This document shows positions 41,520 to 53,323 of a stretch of DNA of 64,000 nucleotides, piece after piece (positions within the stretch are counted from its first letter, which is position 1; each line of letters begins with the position of its first letter). The notes under the pieces are model-generated. The model made no database searches. It had not been told where the DNA came from and saw only the letters and a program-made list of their open reading frames with translations. Location: contig JACOUT010000002.1 of NCBI GenBank assembly GCA_016177705.1, forward strand, positions 213,604 through 277,603. The letters run 5' to 3'. The position numbers and the translations under genes are program-made. Origin of the DNA: Deltaproteobacteria bacterium (GTDB lineage: Bacteria; Myxococcota; UBA727; VGSZ01).

Positions 41520-41734
41520 CGCTGCCTCCAGGGGTCGGTAGTCTCACGACCTCGCTCCGGCCAAGCGCAAGATCAATGCCTGGATGCCGGCTCGCGATGC
41601 CGTGGCGCGATATCGCCCCCGGGCAGGGCCGCGCGGGCTTCTCGCAGCACCCCCGTGTGCAAAACGGCCCAGCTCCCTTGTCGACTGCGGGTGAAGAAAC
41701 ACGATCGGGCGGCCGTCCCACGCTAGCGTTGGCC

Positions 41735-42535
41735 ATGCGCGTCGCTGCCTGTTTGCTCGTCGCCGTCGGCATGGCCCTCGCTGCCGGTCCCGCGGCCGCC
41801 ACGTCGTCGCCGGGCACGAGCGCGGCGGCGGTCGGCGCCGGTGAATCCGAGGCCACCGTGGCCGCCGCCAAGAAGAAGGCGCCGCCCAAGAAGAAGCGCC
41901 GGACGCCACCGCCGGATCGCAGGAAGGCGCCACCGGTGCCGCGGGTGGATCCGCTTATGGTATCGGCCGCTGCTGCCGGCGGCGCGGCCGGCGGCGCGTG
42001 CATCGGCGCGGCCACGGTCACCACCGCCGCCATCATCGGACTCGGCGTGTTCGCGGCGCCGACGGTGCCGGTAATGATCGCCGCCGCCGTCATCGGCATC
42101 GGCGTCGCGGTCGCCACTCCGTTCATGGCTGCGCTCGGCGGCGGCGCCGCGGTCCTGCTCGCCGACCCGAGGAGCAAACCCGACGAGTGGTCGTCGCTGC
42201 TGCAGTGCGCGGCCTCCGGCTACTGCATGGGCCTGTCCCTCATCGGTGGCACGCTGCTCGGCGCCACCGGCTGCGGGGGGCTGCCGGGGTGCGGCATGGG
42301 GCAGACCCCCGACAAGATTCCCGGCCCGGACAAGGCGGCGGAGTGGACCGCGGGCTCGGCCATCGCCGGCCTGATCGGTGGCACCGTCGTCGGCGGCCTG
42401 CTCGGCTGGGCCGTGTCCCCCGACCCGAATGCGCCCTTCGTCCCCATCGCCATCGGCGCAGGCGCGGGCGGTGTGCTCGGCGCGGGCGCCCTCGCCGGCG
42501 CGGGCGCCGCCATCGCCACCGCCGTCCGGCGCTAA
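41735..42535 (+). CDS. Gly/Ala-rich membrane or secreted protein with a Lys-rich segment
   Basis: Signal MRVAACLLVAVGMALAAGPAAA. KKKAPPKKKRRTPPPDRRKAPP. Repeated G/A-rich hydrophobic segments resembling glycine zippers. Confidence 0.45.
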   Translation: MRVAACLLVAVGMALAAGPAAATSSPGTSAAAVGAGESEATVAAAKKKAPPKKKRRTPPPDRRKAPPVPRVDPLMVSAAAAGGAAGGACIGAATVTTAAIIGLGVFAAPTVPVMIAAAVIGIGVAVATPFMAALGGGAAVLLADPRSKPDEWSSLLQCAASGYCMGLSLIGGTLLGATGCGGLPGCGMGQTPDKIPGPDKAAEWTAGSAIAGLIGGTVVGGLLGWAVSPDPNAPFVPIAIGAGAGGVLGAGALAGAGAAIATAVRR

Positions 42536-42539
42536 CGAG

Positions 42540-44147
42540 TCACAAGCAGACCATCGAGACCGGGCAGCAGTAGGGCTCGCCCTCGCCCTCGGCGGGTAAC
42601 CCGCCCCCCCGAACGCAGGTGCCGCCGTTGCAGTCGAAGTCGTTGATGCAGCCGACGCAGGTACCGGTGGACTCGTCGCACACGCCCGAGCTGCAGTTGG
42701 CGTCGCTCAGGCACTGCACGCACGCCCCGCCGGGAGCGCACAGCAAGCCGAATTGCGCGCACGGGTTGACCCAGTCGGGCGAGCAGGAGAGGTCGTTGCC
42801 GCAGAGGTGCTGGCCGTTGCAAGGGTCGTTGTCGTCGGCGCAGACGGTGCCGGGGTTGCATGCGCAGGCGTCCTGTCCCTCCTGGCACACCGGCTGATAG
42901 GGGTCGCTGCACGGGTTTGTGCCTGCGCTGCACGCGTCGCCGGCGCAGCTCTCGGCGCCGTTACAGAACAGGCCGTCATCGCAGTCGCTGTTGGTGAAGC
43001 AGGCGACGCAGCGGTCGTCCGACTCGCGGCACAGGCCGGCGCACGGCGACGTGCCGGGCTGGCAGTTGGCGCCGCCGTCGCAAGTCTCGTCGCCGTTGCA
43101 GAAGAGCCCGTCGCTGCACTCGACGTCGTTGGTGCAGCCGGTGCAGCTCTGCGTGCCCTCTTGGCAGTTGGCGGCGCCGCACGGGTTGACGCCTGGCGTG
43201 CAATCGCCGGCGACACAGGTCTCGACGCCGTCACAGAAGACGCCGTTGCCGCAGTCGTCGTCACCGGCGCACTGCGCACAGCGGTCGTCGGCCTCGAGGC
43301 AGAGCGGCCGCGCACCGGCGCACGGTTCGCTGCCCGGCTGGCAGGTATTGGCGCTGCAGGTCTCGATGCCGTTGCAGTACAGGCGGTCGTCGCAGTCGCC
43401 GTCTGACTGACAGGCGACACAGGTGTTGGTGTCCTCGACGCAGATGTTGCCAGCCACGCATGGTTGGCCACCGGGGATGCACAGGCTCGACTGGCATGAC
43501 GCCACACCGTTGCAGTACAGGCCGTCGTCGCAGTGCAGGTCGCTGCTGCACTGTTGGCAGGTGTCGGCGACCTCATTGCAGATCGGGGTCACGCCGAAAC
43601 AGACGGCGCCAAGCGTGATGCACGCGCCCGTGTCGCAGCGCTCCTCGCCCGTGCAATAGAGCGCGTCGTCGCACTCGGCGTCGTCCGTGCAGGTGCCGCA
43701 TTGGTCGGCTGCCTCCAGGCAGTTGCTGTCACACGGCGCCGTGCCGGGGCCGCAGGTGGCGCTCGCCGCGTCGCACAGCTCGGCGCCGTTGCAGAACTGC
43801 TCGTCGTCGCAGTCGCCGTCGTCGAGGCAGTCGACACAGTGGCCGGCTTGCTCATCGCAACCCATGGCGTCGGGACACGGGTCGGCGCCGCCCTGACAGG
43901 TGCCCTGCACGCAGCGCTCGACACCGTTGCAGAACGCGCCATCGTCGCAGGGCTCGTCGCTGGTGCAGCGGTTGTCGCCCTCGCCCTCGCCTTCGCCGAG
44001 CTGCGCCGCCAGCACACACATGGCGCCGTTGCACGCGTAGCCCTGGTCGCACTCGGTGGTGGCGGTGCAGGGACGGCCGTAGCCGACGTCCGCCGGCAGG
44101 TCGCAGGTTGCGAGCGCGAGCACGCCGCCGAGGAGCATCGCCCTCAT
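42540..44147 (-). CDS. Secreted Cys-rich repeat protein (about 13 repeats of C-x-xD-x-D/E-C-D-D-G-x-F/Y-C-N-G-x-E-x-C…PC)
   Basis: Signal MRAMLLGGVLALATC. GGAGG ribosome-binding site. Roughly 38-aa tandem repeats. Its start overlaps the upstream gene's stop (ATGA). Confidence 0.6.
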   Translation of the reverse strand: MRAMLLGGVLALATCDLPADVGYGRPCTATTECDQGYACNGAMCVLAAQLGEGEGEGDNRCTSDEPCDDGAFCNGVERCVQGTCQGGADPCPDAMGCDEQAGHCVDCLDDGDCDDEQFCNGAELCDAASATCGPGTAPCDSNCLEAADQCGTCTDDAECDDALYCTGEERCDTGACITLGAVCFGVTPICNEVADTCQQCSSDLHCDDGLYCNGVASCQSSLCIPGGQPCVAGNICVEDTNTCVACQSDGDCDDRLYCNGIETCSANTCQPGSEPCAGARPLCLEADDRCAQCAGDDDCGNGVFCDGVETCVAGDCTPGVNPCGAANCQEGTQSCTGCTNDVECSDGLFCNGDETCDGGANCQPGTSPCAGLCRESDDRCVACFTNSDCDDGLFCNGAESCAGDACSAGTNPCSDPYQPVCQEGQDACACNPGTVCADDNDPCNGQHLCGNDLSCSPDWVNPCAQFGLLCAPGGACVQCLSDANCSSGVCDESTGTCVGCINDFDCNGGTCVRGGGLPAEGEGEPYCCPVSMVCL

Positions 44148-44902
44148 TCCGCACCTCCCGAGGTCAAGCCCCAGACCGCGCCGCCCGCCGCGGCGACAAC
44201 GCCGACCGCCGCGAACGCCAAACCGGCCGCGAGCGACGCCTGCCCCCAACCGACCCAATCAGCCCGTGCCTGCTGCTGCGCCGCGTACAGCCCGTCGACC
44301 CCGTCGGTGGCGCCTTGCTTCTCGGCCGCGGCGAGCGCGTCGCGTGCGGCGCCGTGCGCGAACCACGGCTGCGCGCCGACGACGGCGAGCGCCGCGCCGG
44401 CCAGCACGGCCGCGCCGCCAACGCCGGCCGTCACCCAGGGCCACGGCGTCGAGGGCGGGGGCGCCGCCGGCTCGTCGCGCGACGGCGGCGCTGGCGTCGG
44501 CGCGGCTGGAGCGGGGGCCGAGGCGGCAGCGGTCGGCACGGCGCTCGGAGGCGCCGGCAGCGGGCAGGGCGTGCCGGGGCCGCCCTTCTCGACCAGCTTG
44601 GTGAGCGCCGCGATGCGCCCCTTGGCCTCGGTCTTGCGGGCGGCGCTGGTCGTGGTGCCGAGCAGCTGCGTGTACAGCTGCATGGCGCGCGCGCGATCGG
44701 CGCCGAGCTCGGCGGCCTGTGCGGCGTTGAAGACCAGGTCGGGCGTGGGCGCCAGTCGATCGGCGTCGAGGAAGAGCGCGAGCGCGTCGCACCAGCGTTT
44801 CTCACCGACGGCCGCGAAGGCGGCCTCCTCGCTGGCGCGCGCGCGCACGGCCGCGTCGTCGTCGGCGGTAGCGACCAGCAAGAGCGCCGCCGCGACGATC
44901 AC
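44144..44902 (-). CDS. TPR-like membrane-anchored protein, co-transcribed with the Ser/Thr kinase
   Basis: GTG start overlapping the kinase stop (GTGA). Helical N-domain. Pro/Ala-rich linker. C-terminal TM helix (WPWVTAGVGGAAVLAGAALAVVG). Confidence 0.45.
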   Translation of the reverse strand: MIVAAALLLVATADDDAAVRARASEEAAFAAVGEKRWCDALALFLDADRLAPTPDLVFNAAQAAELGADRARAMQLYTQLLGTTTSAARKTEAKGRIAALTKLVEKGGPGTPCPLPAPPSAVPTAAASAPAPAAPTPAPPSRDEPAAPPPSTPWPWVTAGVGGAAVLAGAALAVVGAQPWFAHGAARDALAAAEKQGATDGVDGLYAAQQQARADWVGWGQASLAAGLAFAAVGVVAAAGGAVWGLTSGGAE

Positions 44903-46371
44903 CCGCCCTCCTTGGTGCGCACGCGCACGAAGCCGGAGGGCTCGGTCGGCGGCTCGGCCTCCGTGGGCTTCGGGGCCGGCTTGACCTTGGGCTTCGGCTT
45001 CACCTTGGTGGCGGTCTTGCTCGGCGTGGCCGGCGCGGGCGGCGCCTCGACGGGCGGCGCCTCGACGACGGCTGCCGCGGGCACCAGCGGCTGCTCGATG
45101 GCCGAAGCGGGCGACGACGGCTCGGTCGTCGCGGCCGCGGTCCTCGGGGCCGCGGTCGTCGGTGCCAGCGTCGCGGTCGCCGGCAGCACGGCGGTCGGCA
45201 CCGCGACCACGGGCGGCGTCTCGCGGCCGACCAGCAGGAGGCCGACGCCGATGCCGACCGCCGCCACCACCATCAGCCCGGCGGCGACAGGAAGCCAGCG
45301 TGAGGTCGGCCGGCGCCGCTCGAGCGCCGTCGGACCAGACGTGTTGACGGCACCGGCGATCCGGGTGGGCGCGCCGGCCAAGGTCGAGGAGCTCGGCTCG
45401 CTCTTTGGCTGCGCCAGCTCGGTCGGCCCGTCGTGGCTCGCCAACATCTCGACCTTGAAGCCGGTCGGCAGCGTCTCCTCGACGCTGCGCCGACGTGGGC
45501 CGCTCACCGAGGTTTCGTCGCCCATGGCGCTCGCGAGCGCGGCCTCGAGCGCGCGCATCGAGGCGAAGCGCTTGGCCGGGTCCTTCTCCAGGCACTTGAG
45601 CACGGCCGCTTCGAGCGCGTCGGGGATGTCGACCTTGCCGACGGCGCGCTCGGCGATACGCGGCGCCGGCGTCGAGACCTGGTGCCGCACCAGGTCGGAG
45701 AGCGACTCGACGTCGAACATGGGCGCGCCGGCCAGCATGCGAAACAGGATGACGCCGAGCGAGTAGACGTCGGTGCGGCCATCGACGGCCTGGCCGTTCA
45801 CCTGCTCGGGCGCCATGAACGGTAGGGTGCCGAGCAGGGCCCCTTGCTGGGTGAGCCCGCCGGTGGCGTCGTTGGTCATCTTGGCGACGCCGAAGTCGAG
45901 CACCTTGGCGATGTCCTCCTCGCCGTCGATGGTGCACAGCATGACGTTGGCCGGCTTGAGGTCGCGGTGCACGATGCCAAGGTCGTGCGCCGCCTGCATG
46001 CCCTTGGCGATGTGGCGCGCGATGCGCACGGCGCGGGTCGGCGGCACCTTGCCGTGGAGCAAGAGCTTGTCGAGCGGCTGGCCGTCGAGCAGCTCCATGA
46101 CGATGTACAGCTCGCCGGTCTCGGTCTTGCCGTACTGGATCACCTGCGCGACGTGGCGGCTTTGGATGCGCGCCGCAGCCTTGGCCTCGAGCGTGAAGCG
46201 CGCGGTCTGCTCGGCGACGACGGCGTCATCGCCCGCCGGCACCATCATCTTGATGGCCACCTGGCGATCGAGCGTGGTGTCGACGGCGCGGTACACGACC
46301 CCCATGCCGCCGCGCCCAAGGCGCTCCTGTACCAGATAGGGGCCAATGCGCCGGCCCTGCCACTCGGACAT
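44899..46371 (-). CDS. Hanks-type Ser/Thr protein kinase with TM helix and Pro/Ala/Lys-rich extracellular tail
   Basis: [11 protein letters not shown] (P-loop), AIKMM (VAIK), HRDLKPANV (catalytic loop), DFG, APE. Confidence 0.8.
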   Translation of the reverse strand: MSEWQGRRIGPYLVQERLGRGGMGVVYRAVDTTLDRQVAIKMMVPAGDDAVVAEQTARFTLEAKAAARIQSRHVAQVIQYGKTETGELYIVMELLDGQPLDKLLLHGKVPPTRAVRIARHIAKGMQAAHDLGIVHRDLKPANVMLCTIDGEEDIAKVLDFGVAKMTNDATGGLTQQGALLGTLPFMAPEQVNGQAVDGRTDVYSLGVILFRMLAGAPMFDVESLSDLVRHQVSTPAPRIAERAVGKVDIPDALEAAVLKCLEKDPAKRFASMRALEAALASAMGDETSVSGPRRRSVEETLPTGFKVEMLASHDGPTELAQPKSEPSSSTLAGAPTRIAGAVNTSGPTALERRRPTSRWLPVAAGLMVVAAVGIGVGLLLVGRETPPVVAVPTAVLPATATLAPTTAAPRTAAATTEPSSPASAIEQPLVPAAAVVEAPPVEAPPAPATPSKTATKVKPKPKVKPAPKPTEAEPPTEPSGFVRVRTKEGG

Positions 46372-46488
46372 GCCCGGCAGGTTACCAAGAAGGTCGCGCC
46401 GCGCCGCGTCGCGGCGACACCGCGCCCGCGACGCGAGACACTTCCGAAAAGCCGGCGAATGCGCCAGACGCTCTCCCCGGAGGCTCAC

Positions 46489-48348
<1,860 letters not shown>

Positions 48349-48393
48349 GCGCGCGCACGTCGGGACGATGGGCGGGGCGTGGTAGCTTGAGCT

Positions 48394-49377
48394 ATGAGCA
48401 CCATCGCCCCCCAGAAGCTCAACAGCCTCGCCACGCTGCGCGCGAAGGATCCGGCGGCGTTCGACGCGAGCGTCGCCACGATCGCCAAGGGCGGCAGCGC
48501 CGGCAACCTCGAGGCAGCGGCGCTCGCCAAGAGGGCCGGCGTCGGCGTGCTCGACGTCCTCGAGCTCGCGACCGCCGGTATCGAGCTGCTCGCCAAGCAC
48601 AGCGGCGTGCAGACGATGCTGAAGGAGGGCAGCACCTTGGGAAGCGCGCCCACGTTTGGCGGCGTCGGTGCGGGCGGCACGCTCAAGCTGAAGGGCTTCG
48701 TCGGGCGCGAGGTCGAGCGCGTGCAGCACGAGGCGCGCAACGTGCTCGACGCGTTGCGCGAGTTCGCCCCGCTCACCAACGCCTCCTTGATCGACAAGCC
48801 CGGCGCCGACCTCGGCTCGAAGGTCGGCCACTTCATGCAGCGGGTGGGCGCGTTCTTCGCCGATACCGGCAACGCCATGCTGCGCGAGTCACCGGTGAAC
48901 GCCGACCACCTGACGGCGGACGAGGCGACGCGACTGCTCGGCATGATCAAGGGCGCGGACGCGGTGGTGCTCGCGGCGCTTCGGCCACGTTTCGAGGCGC
49001 ACCTCGCACGCCTGGCGCCGGAGCGGATCGACGGCGGTGCCAAGGAGCCGCTCGCCGAGATTCGCAAGCTGCTCGAGGGGGTGCCGCCCGAGGCGCGCGA
49101 GGCCGCAGCGCTGCTCTCCTCGATCGCCAGGGCCGGCTACGACTTCGAGTCCAACCCAGGGCCGAGCCGAGCCGCGCAGGCCGCCGTCTTGAAGCTCGAG
49201 GTGCCCCTGCCCTTGCAGAAGGAGGCGATCGAGGTGCTCGAGCAGAGCTTCAAGGGGCAAATCGAACAGCGACGCACGGCCGATGCCCAGTGGGCAAACG
49301 ACTACTTCAACCCGCTCAACCCGATGAGCCCCTACAGCGCTGCCAACCCTGCCAACTGGGGCAAGCCAGGCGAGTAG
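48394..49377 (+). CDS. Hypothetical cytoplasmic protein
   Basis: ORF with coding-like composition and GC3 bias. No recognisable motif. Confidence 0.45.
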   Translation: MSTIAPQKLNSLATLRAKDPAAFDASVATIAKGGSAGNLEAAALAKRAGVGVLDVLELATAGIELLAKHSGVQTMLKEGSTLGSAPTFGGVGAGGTLKLKGFVGREVERVQHEARNVLDALREFAPLTNASLIDKPGADLGSKVGHFMQRVGAFFADTGNAMLRESPVNADHLTADEATRLLGMIKGADAVVLAALRPRFEAHLARLAPERIDGGAKEPLAEIRKLLEGVPPEAREAAALLSSIARAGYDFESNPGPSRAAQAAVLKLEVPLPLQKEAIEVLEQSFKGQIEQRRTADAQWANDYFNPLNPMSPYSAANPANWGKPGE

Positions 49378-49547
49378 CGGGGCCGGCCTACGCGCGCGAC
49401 GGCCGACCGAACGCTCGTCTTGCATCGTTGAGCCCGATGCTGGTCGTCACCGGGGCGATCTCCCGCAACTCCGTTCACGGCACCGCATCCGATGACCCGG
49501 CAGCGCCGGCGACCGGATGACAGACCCGACTCGAGACGAGGGGATCG

Positions 49548-51170
49548 ATGGGTGCAGTGACAGTCCGCGCCAGGCAGGCCGGCGTCGGCCACGCGAGCGA
49601 GGCGCCGTTGGCGGCCGCGTTTGCGCAAGCACCGCTCGCCATGTCGATCAACGCGCTGCCCGACGGCGTCTTCGTCGACGCCAACGACGCCTTCCTCCGC
49701 CTCTTCGAGGTCACCAAAGACGAGCTGTCCGGCAGGAGCGGCGTCGAGCTCGGCCTCTTTGACGACGCCCTGCAACGGCAGCTGCGGGAGCGGCTCGCGG
49801 GCGAAGGCCGGGTGCTGGATCTCGAGTGCACGAGGACCACGTGTCGCGGCAAGCCGGTCCGGGTGGCGCTTACCATCACCATGATCGACATCGACGGCGT
49901 GCCCCACGCCCTGAGCATGATGAGAGACTTGACGTATCGCCGCCCCCTCGAGGGTGAGACACGACGCGAGAAGTTTCTCGTGGACGTTGGCGCGACGCTT
50001 GCTTCTACGCTCGACTACCAGGAGACCGTCGCCAACATCGTTCGGCTGGCGGTCGGGCCGGTCGGCGACCTGTGCGCGCTCGGCCTGATCGATCAGGCCG
50101 GCATCCTTCGGAACCAGGCCATTCACTGCGGCGATCCCGACAAGGCTCGGCTCGTCGAAGCGCTGCGCGCCATCCCCGTCGACGCCAACCCGGCGCACGT
50201 GGTGGGCGCATTGGTCGAGTCGCGTCGGCCGATGCTGCTGTCGGAGGTCACGCCCGAGATCATCGACGCGGTGACCACCAACCCCGAGCACCGGCGGGTC
50301 CTTCGAGGCATCGGCGCCCAGTCCGCCATGGGCGCGCCGCTGGTCGCGCACGGCGAGGTGCTCGGCGCGCTCTTCATCGTGTCGTGCAGGCCCGAGCGCC
50401 GCTACGCGGCGGAGGATCTGCCGCTCCTCGAAGCGCTGGCGCTGCGCGCGGCGCTCGCGGTCGCCAACGCGCGCCTTCACCAGCAGCTCCTGCGCGCAGT
50501 GCGCGCGCGGGACGACGTCCTCGGCGCGGTGGCGCACGACCTGCGCAACCCGCTCGCGGCCATCGTCATTCACGCGTCCCGCCTGCGCGCGGCCGTTCCG
50601 GCCGGTGGCGCGGAGAATTCGGCCGAGGCCATTCGCCGCGCCGCGATGCGCGTGAGCCGGCTGGCCGAGGACCTGCTCGACGTTGCGCGCGTCGACGCGG
50701 GGCGCTTGTGCATCGAACCGAGCCCGCTTCGCCCTGATGCCGTGGTGGCGGACTGCGTCGAGGCGCAACGACCCATCGCGGAGGCCGCATCACTCGAGCT
50801 GATCGTCGACATCGGACAGGACCTGCCCGAGATCGTGGCCGACCGCGATCGCGTGCAGCAGGTGCTCGAGAACCTGGTCGGCAACGCGATCAAATTCACG
50901 CCGGCCGGCGGCAGCGTCACGGTGGGGGCCGCGCAGCGCGAGCGCGAGGTGACGTTCTGGGTGTCGGACTCCGGGCCGGGCATCCCGCCCGAGGATCTGC
51001 CGCGGGTCTTCGACCGCTACTGGCAGGCGAGCCCGAAGAGCAAGGTCGGCGCCGGGCTCGGGCTCGCCATCGCCAAGGACATCGTCGCGGCACACGGTGG
51101 CCGCATCTGGGTCGAGAGCACGCTCGGGCAGGGCAGCGCCTTCGCGTTCACGGTCCCCGCGCGTCGCTGA
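49548..51170 (+). CDS. PAS-GAF sensor histidine kinase (cytoplasmic)
   Basis: HisKA H-box (AVAHDLRNPLAAI). N, G1 and G2 boxes (NLVGNAIKFT, SDSGPGI, GAGLGLAIAK). Confidence 0.75.
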   Translation: MGAVTVRARQAGVGHASEAPLAAAFAQAPLAMSINALPDGVFVDANDAFLRLFEVTKDELSGRSGVELGLFDDALQRQLRERLAGEGRVLDLECTRTTCRGKPVRVALTITMIDIDGVPHALSMMRDLTYRRPLEGETRREKFLVDVGATLASTLDYQETVANIVRLAVGPVGDLCALGLIDQAGILRNQAIHCGDPDKARLVEALRAIPVDANPAHVVGALVESRRPMLLSEVTPEIIDAVTTNPEHRRVLRGIGAQSAMGAPLVAHGEVLGALFIVSCRPERRYAAEDLPLLEALALRAALAVANARLHQQLLRAVRARDDVLGAVAHDLRNPLAAIVIHASRLRAAVPAGGAENSAEAIRRAAMRVSRLAEDLLDVARVDAGRLCIEPSPLRPDAVVADCVEAQRPIAEAASLELIVDIGQDLPEIVADRDRVQQVLENLVGNAIKFTPAGGSVTVGAAQREREVTFWVSDSGPGIPPEDLPRVFDRYWQASPKSKVGAGLGLAIAKDIVAAHGGRIWVESTLGQGSAFAFTVPARR

Positions 51171-51415
51171 ACGCCCGGGCGGTACTCGCCGAGCCAAAAG
51201 GCCGGGCCGCGCGCTAGAAGCTCACGATGGTCAGGCGTGCGCAGCGGGACACCCACAAGCAGATCCGCCACAAGACGAGCGGGCAGCTCGACGTCGGCCG
51301 CACCAGCGGCGTTCAAGGCAAGCGCGAGCAGCCCAAAGGCGAGGTCAAGCACGCGCTCGCGAGCGACGCCTATCTGACCGCGCAAGGGAAGGCCGAGCTG
51401 CCCTCGAACGCAACC

Positions 51416-52681
51416 ATGGGCCGAGGCGGACCCTCGTCGATCGTCGCGGTGCGGCAGCGCGAGGTCGCGCGCGTCACCGGGCGCAAGGCGCTCGTGCTCA
51501 ATTCCGGCTCGAGCTCCATCAAGTTCCAGGTGCGCCAGGAGGGGGGCAAGACGCTCATCAGCGGCAAGGTGGAGCGCATCGGCGAGGACGAGAGCAAGCT
51601 CACGCTCAAGGTGGGCGGCACGAGCTTCGAGATCGCGCGGCCCATCAAGAACCACGAGGAGGGGCTGCGCCTGCTCGTCGAGGCGCTGACCGACCCCAGC
51701 CGCGGCGCCATGAAGCTCGAGGACATCTCGGCCGTGGGCCACCGGGTGGTGCACGGCGGCCCGCGCTTCAAGGAGCCGGTGCGCATCGACGCCGACGTCG
51801 AGCAGGCGATCGCCGACTACGCCAAGCTCGCACCGCTGCACAACCCGCCCGCGCTCGCGGGCATCAGCGCCGTCCACAAGGTGCTCGGCGACCTGCCGCA
51901 GATCGCGGTGTTCGACACCGCGTTCCACGCCACCTTGCCCGAGGAGGCGTCGTCGTACGCCCTACCCAAGGAGTGGCGGGAAGAAGGCGTACGCCGCTAC
52001 GGCTTTCACGGCATCTCGGTGGAGAACGCCACCGCGCGCGCGGCCAAGATGCTCGGGCGCCCGCTGGAGGCCACCAACCTCATCGTCTGCCACCTCGGCA
52101 ACGGCGCCTCCATCACCGCGGTCGAGCACGGCAAGTCACGCGACACTTCCATGGGCATGACGCCGCTCGCGGGCATCACCATGGGCACGCGGCCGGGCGA
52201 CGTCGACGTGGGCGTTATCTTCCACCTGCTCAAGCAGGGCCACACCATCGAGCAGATCGAGAAGGATCTGAACAACCGCTCGGGCCTGCTCGGCCTGTCG
52301 GATGGACTATCGAACGACGTGCGCGAGTTGCTCGCCGCCGAGGCCACGGGCGACCCGCACGCCAAGCTCGCGCTCGAGAAGTACACCGAGGACATCACCG
52401 AGCAGATTGGCGCCTTCTTGGCCAAGCTGCGCGGCGACGTGCACGCCATCGTCTTCACCGGCGGCGTAGGCGAGAACTCGGGCGTGCTGCGCGAGCGTAT
52501 CGTCTCGCACCTGAACGCCTTCGGCTTCTCGCTCGACAAGAAGAAGAACGGCGGCGAGGGCTCGCTCGGCGTCGACGAAGCCAACATCTCGCCTGGCCGC
52601 GCCGCCAAGAAGGTGCTGGTGATCCGCGCCGACGAAGAGGGCGCCATCGGCGAGGCTGCCTTCAAGCTCACGCGCGAGTGA
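51416..52681 (+). CDS. ackA: Acetate kinase
   Basis: ALVLNSGSSSIKFQV N-terminus. Later FHGISVE and VFTGGVGENS. Alternative GTG start at 51449. Confidence 0.8.
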   Translation: MGRGGPSSIVAVRQREVARVTGRKALVLNSGSSSIKFQVRQEGGKTLISGKVERIGEDESKLTLKVGGTSFEIARPIKNHEEGLRLLVEALTDPSRGAMKLEDISAVGHRVVHGGPRFKEPVRIDADVEQAIADYAKLAPLHNPPALAGISAVHKVLGDLPQIAVFDTAFHATLPEEASSYALPKEWREEGVRRYGFHGISVENATARAAKMLGRPLEATNLIVCHLGNGASITAVEHGKSRDTSMGMTPLAGITMGTRPGDVDVGVIFHLLKQGHTIEQIEKDLNNRSGLLGLSDGLSNDVRELLAAEATGDPHAKLALEKYTEDITEQIGAFLAKLRGDVHAIVFTGGVGENSGVLRERIVSHLNAFGFSLDKKKNGGEGSLGVDEANISPGRAAKKVLVIRADEEGAIGEAAFKLTRE

Positions 52682-52701
52682 CGACGGCGCCCGCGGGTGC
52701 G

Positions 52702-53316
52702 TTACCAGCCGATGCCCGCCGAGATCGCCACCGAGGGCTGAAACGGATCGTGCGCCGTGATCAGGCGCGGCGCCTGCGCGAAGTAGGCGACGCTGAGCGA
52801 CAGCTCGGCCACCGCCTCGAAGCCGAGCCCGAGCGGCAAGGCCCAGCCGAGCGCGGCGCCCACCTCGGGGCCCGCGGTCTCGACGCCGCCGGGGCCGGTG
52901 TCGGCGAAGAAGAAGCCGGGCGCGTCGGGCCCGAGCTGCAGCTCGGCGAAGCCCGCCGACACGGTCGGCTCGAGGTAACCAAGCTCGGTCGCCACCGAGG
53001 TGACGCGCACGCGCCCGCGGAAGTGCGCGATCTCGGGCGCATTCTCTTTGTGGAGGAAGCCCGAGCCGTTGCCGCACGCCTCGACCCCGAGCGCCGCATG
53101 GAGCTCGCCCACCTCGACGGGCGCCGGCATCGCCGTCGCGCACACCTGCACCGGCGCGCTGCCGCCACTCGCGAGCCCGCCGCGGAGCGCGAGCCAGGTA
53201 TGCGGCGGTGCCTCCACGCGCCCGCGCACCTCGGGGACGACGGTGTCGCGCGGCTCGGCCGGTGCGGGCGGAGCAGCGAGCATGGCGACGAGCAGGGTGA
53301 AGATCATCGCCGCCAT
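52702..53316 (-). CDS. Secreted hypothetical protein
   Basis: MAAMIFTLLVAMLAAPPAPA signal peptide. Confidence 0.4.
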   Translation of the reverse strand: MAAMIFTLLVAMLAAPPAPAEPRDTVVPEVRGRVEAPPHTWLALRGGLASGGSAPVQVCATAMPAPVEVGELHAALGVEACGNGSGFLHKENAPEIAHFRGRVRVTSVATELGYLEPTVSAGFAELQLGPDAPGFFFADTGPGGVETAGPEVGAALGWALPLGLGFEAVAELSLSVAYFAQAPRLITAHDPFQPSVAISAGIGW

Positions 53317-53323
53317 TCCATGC

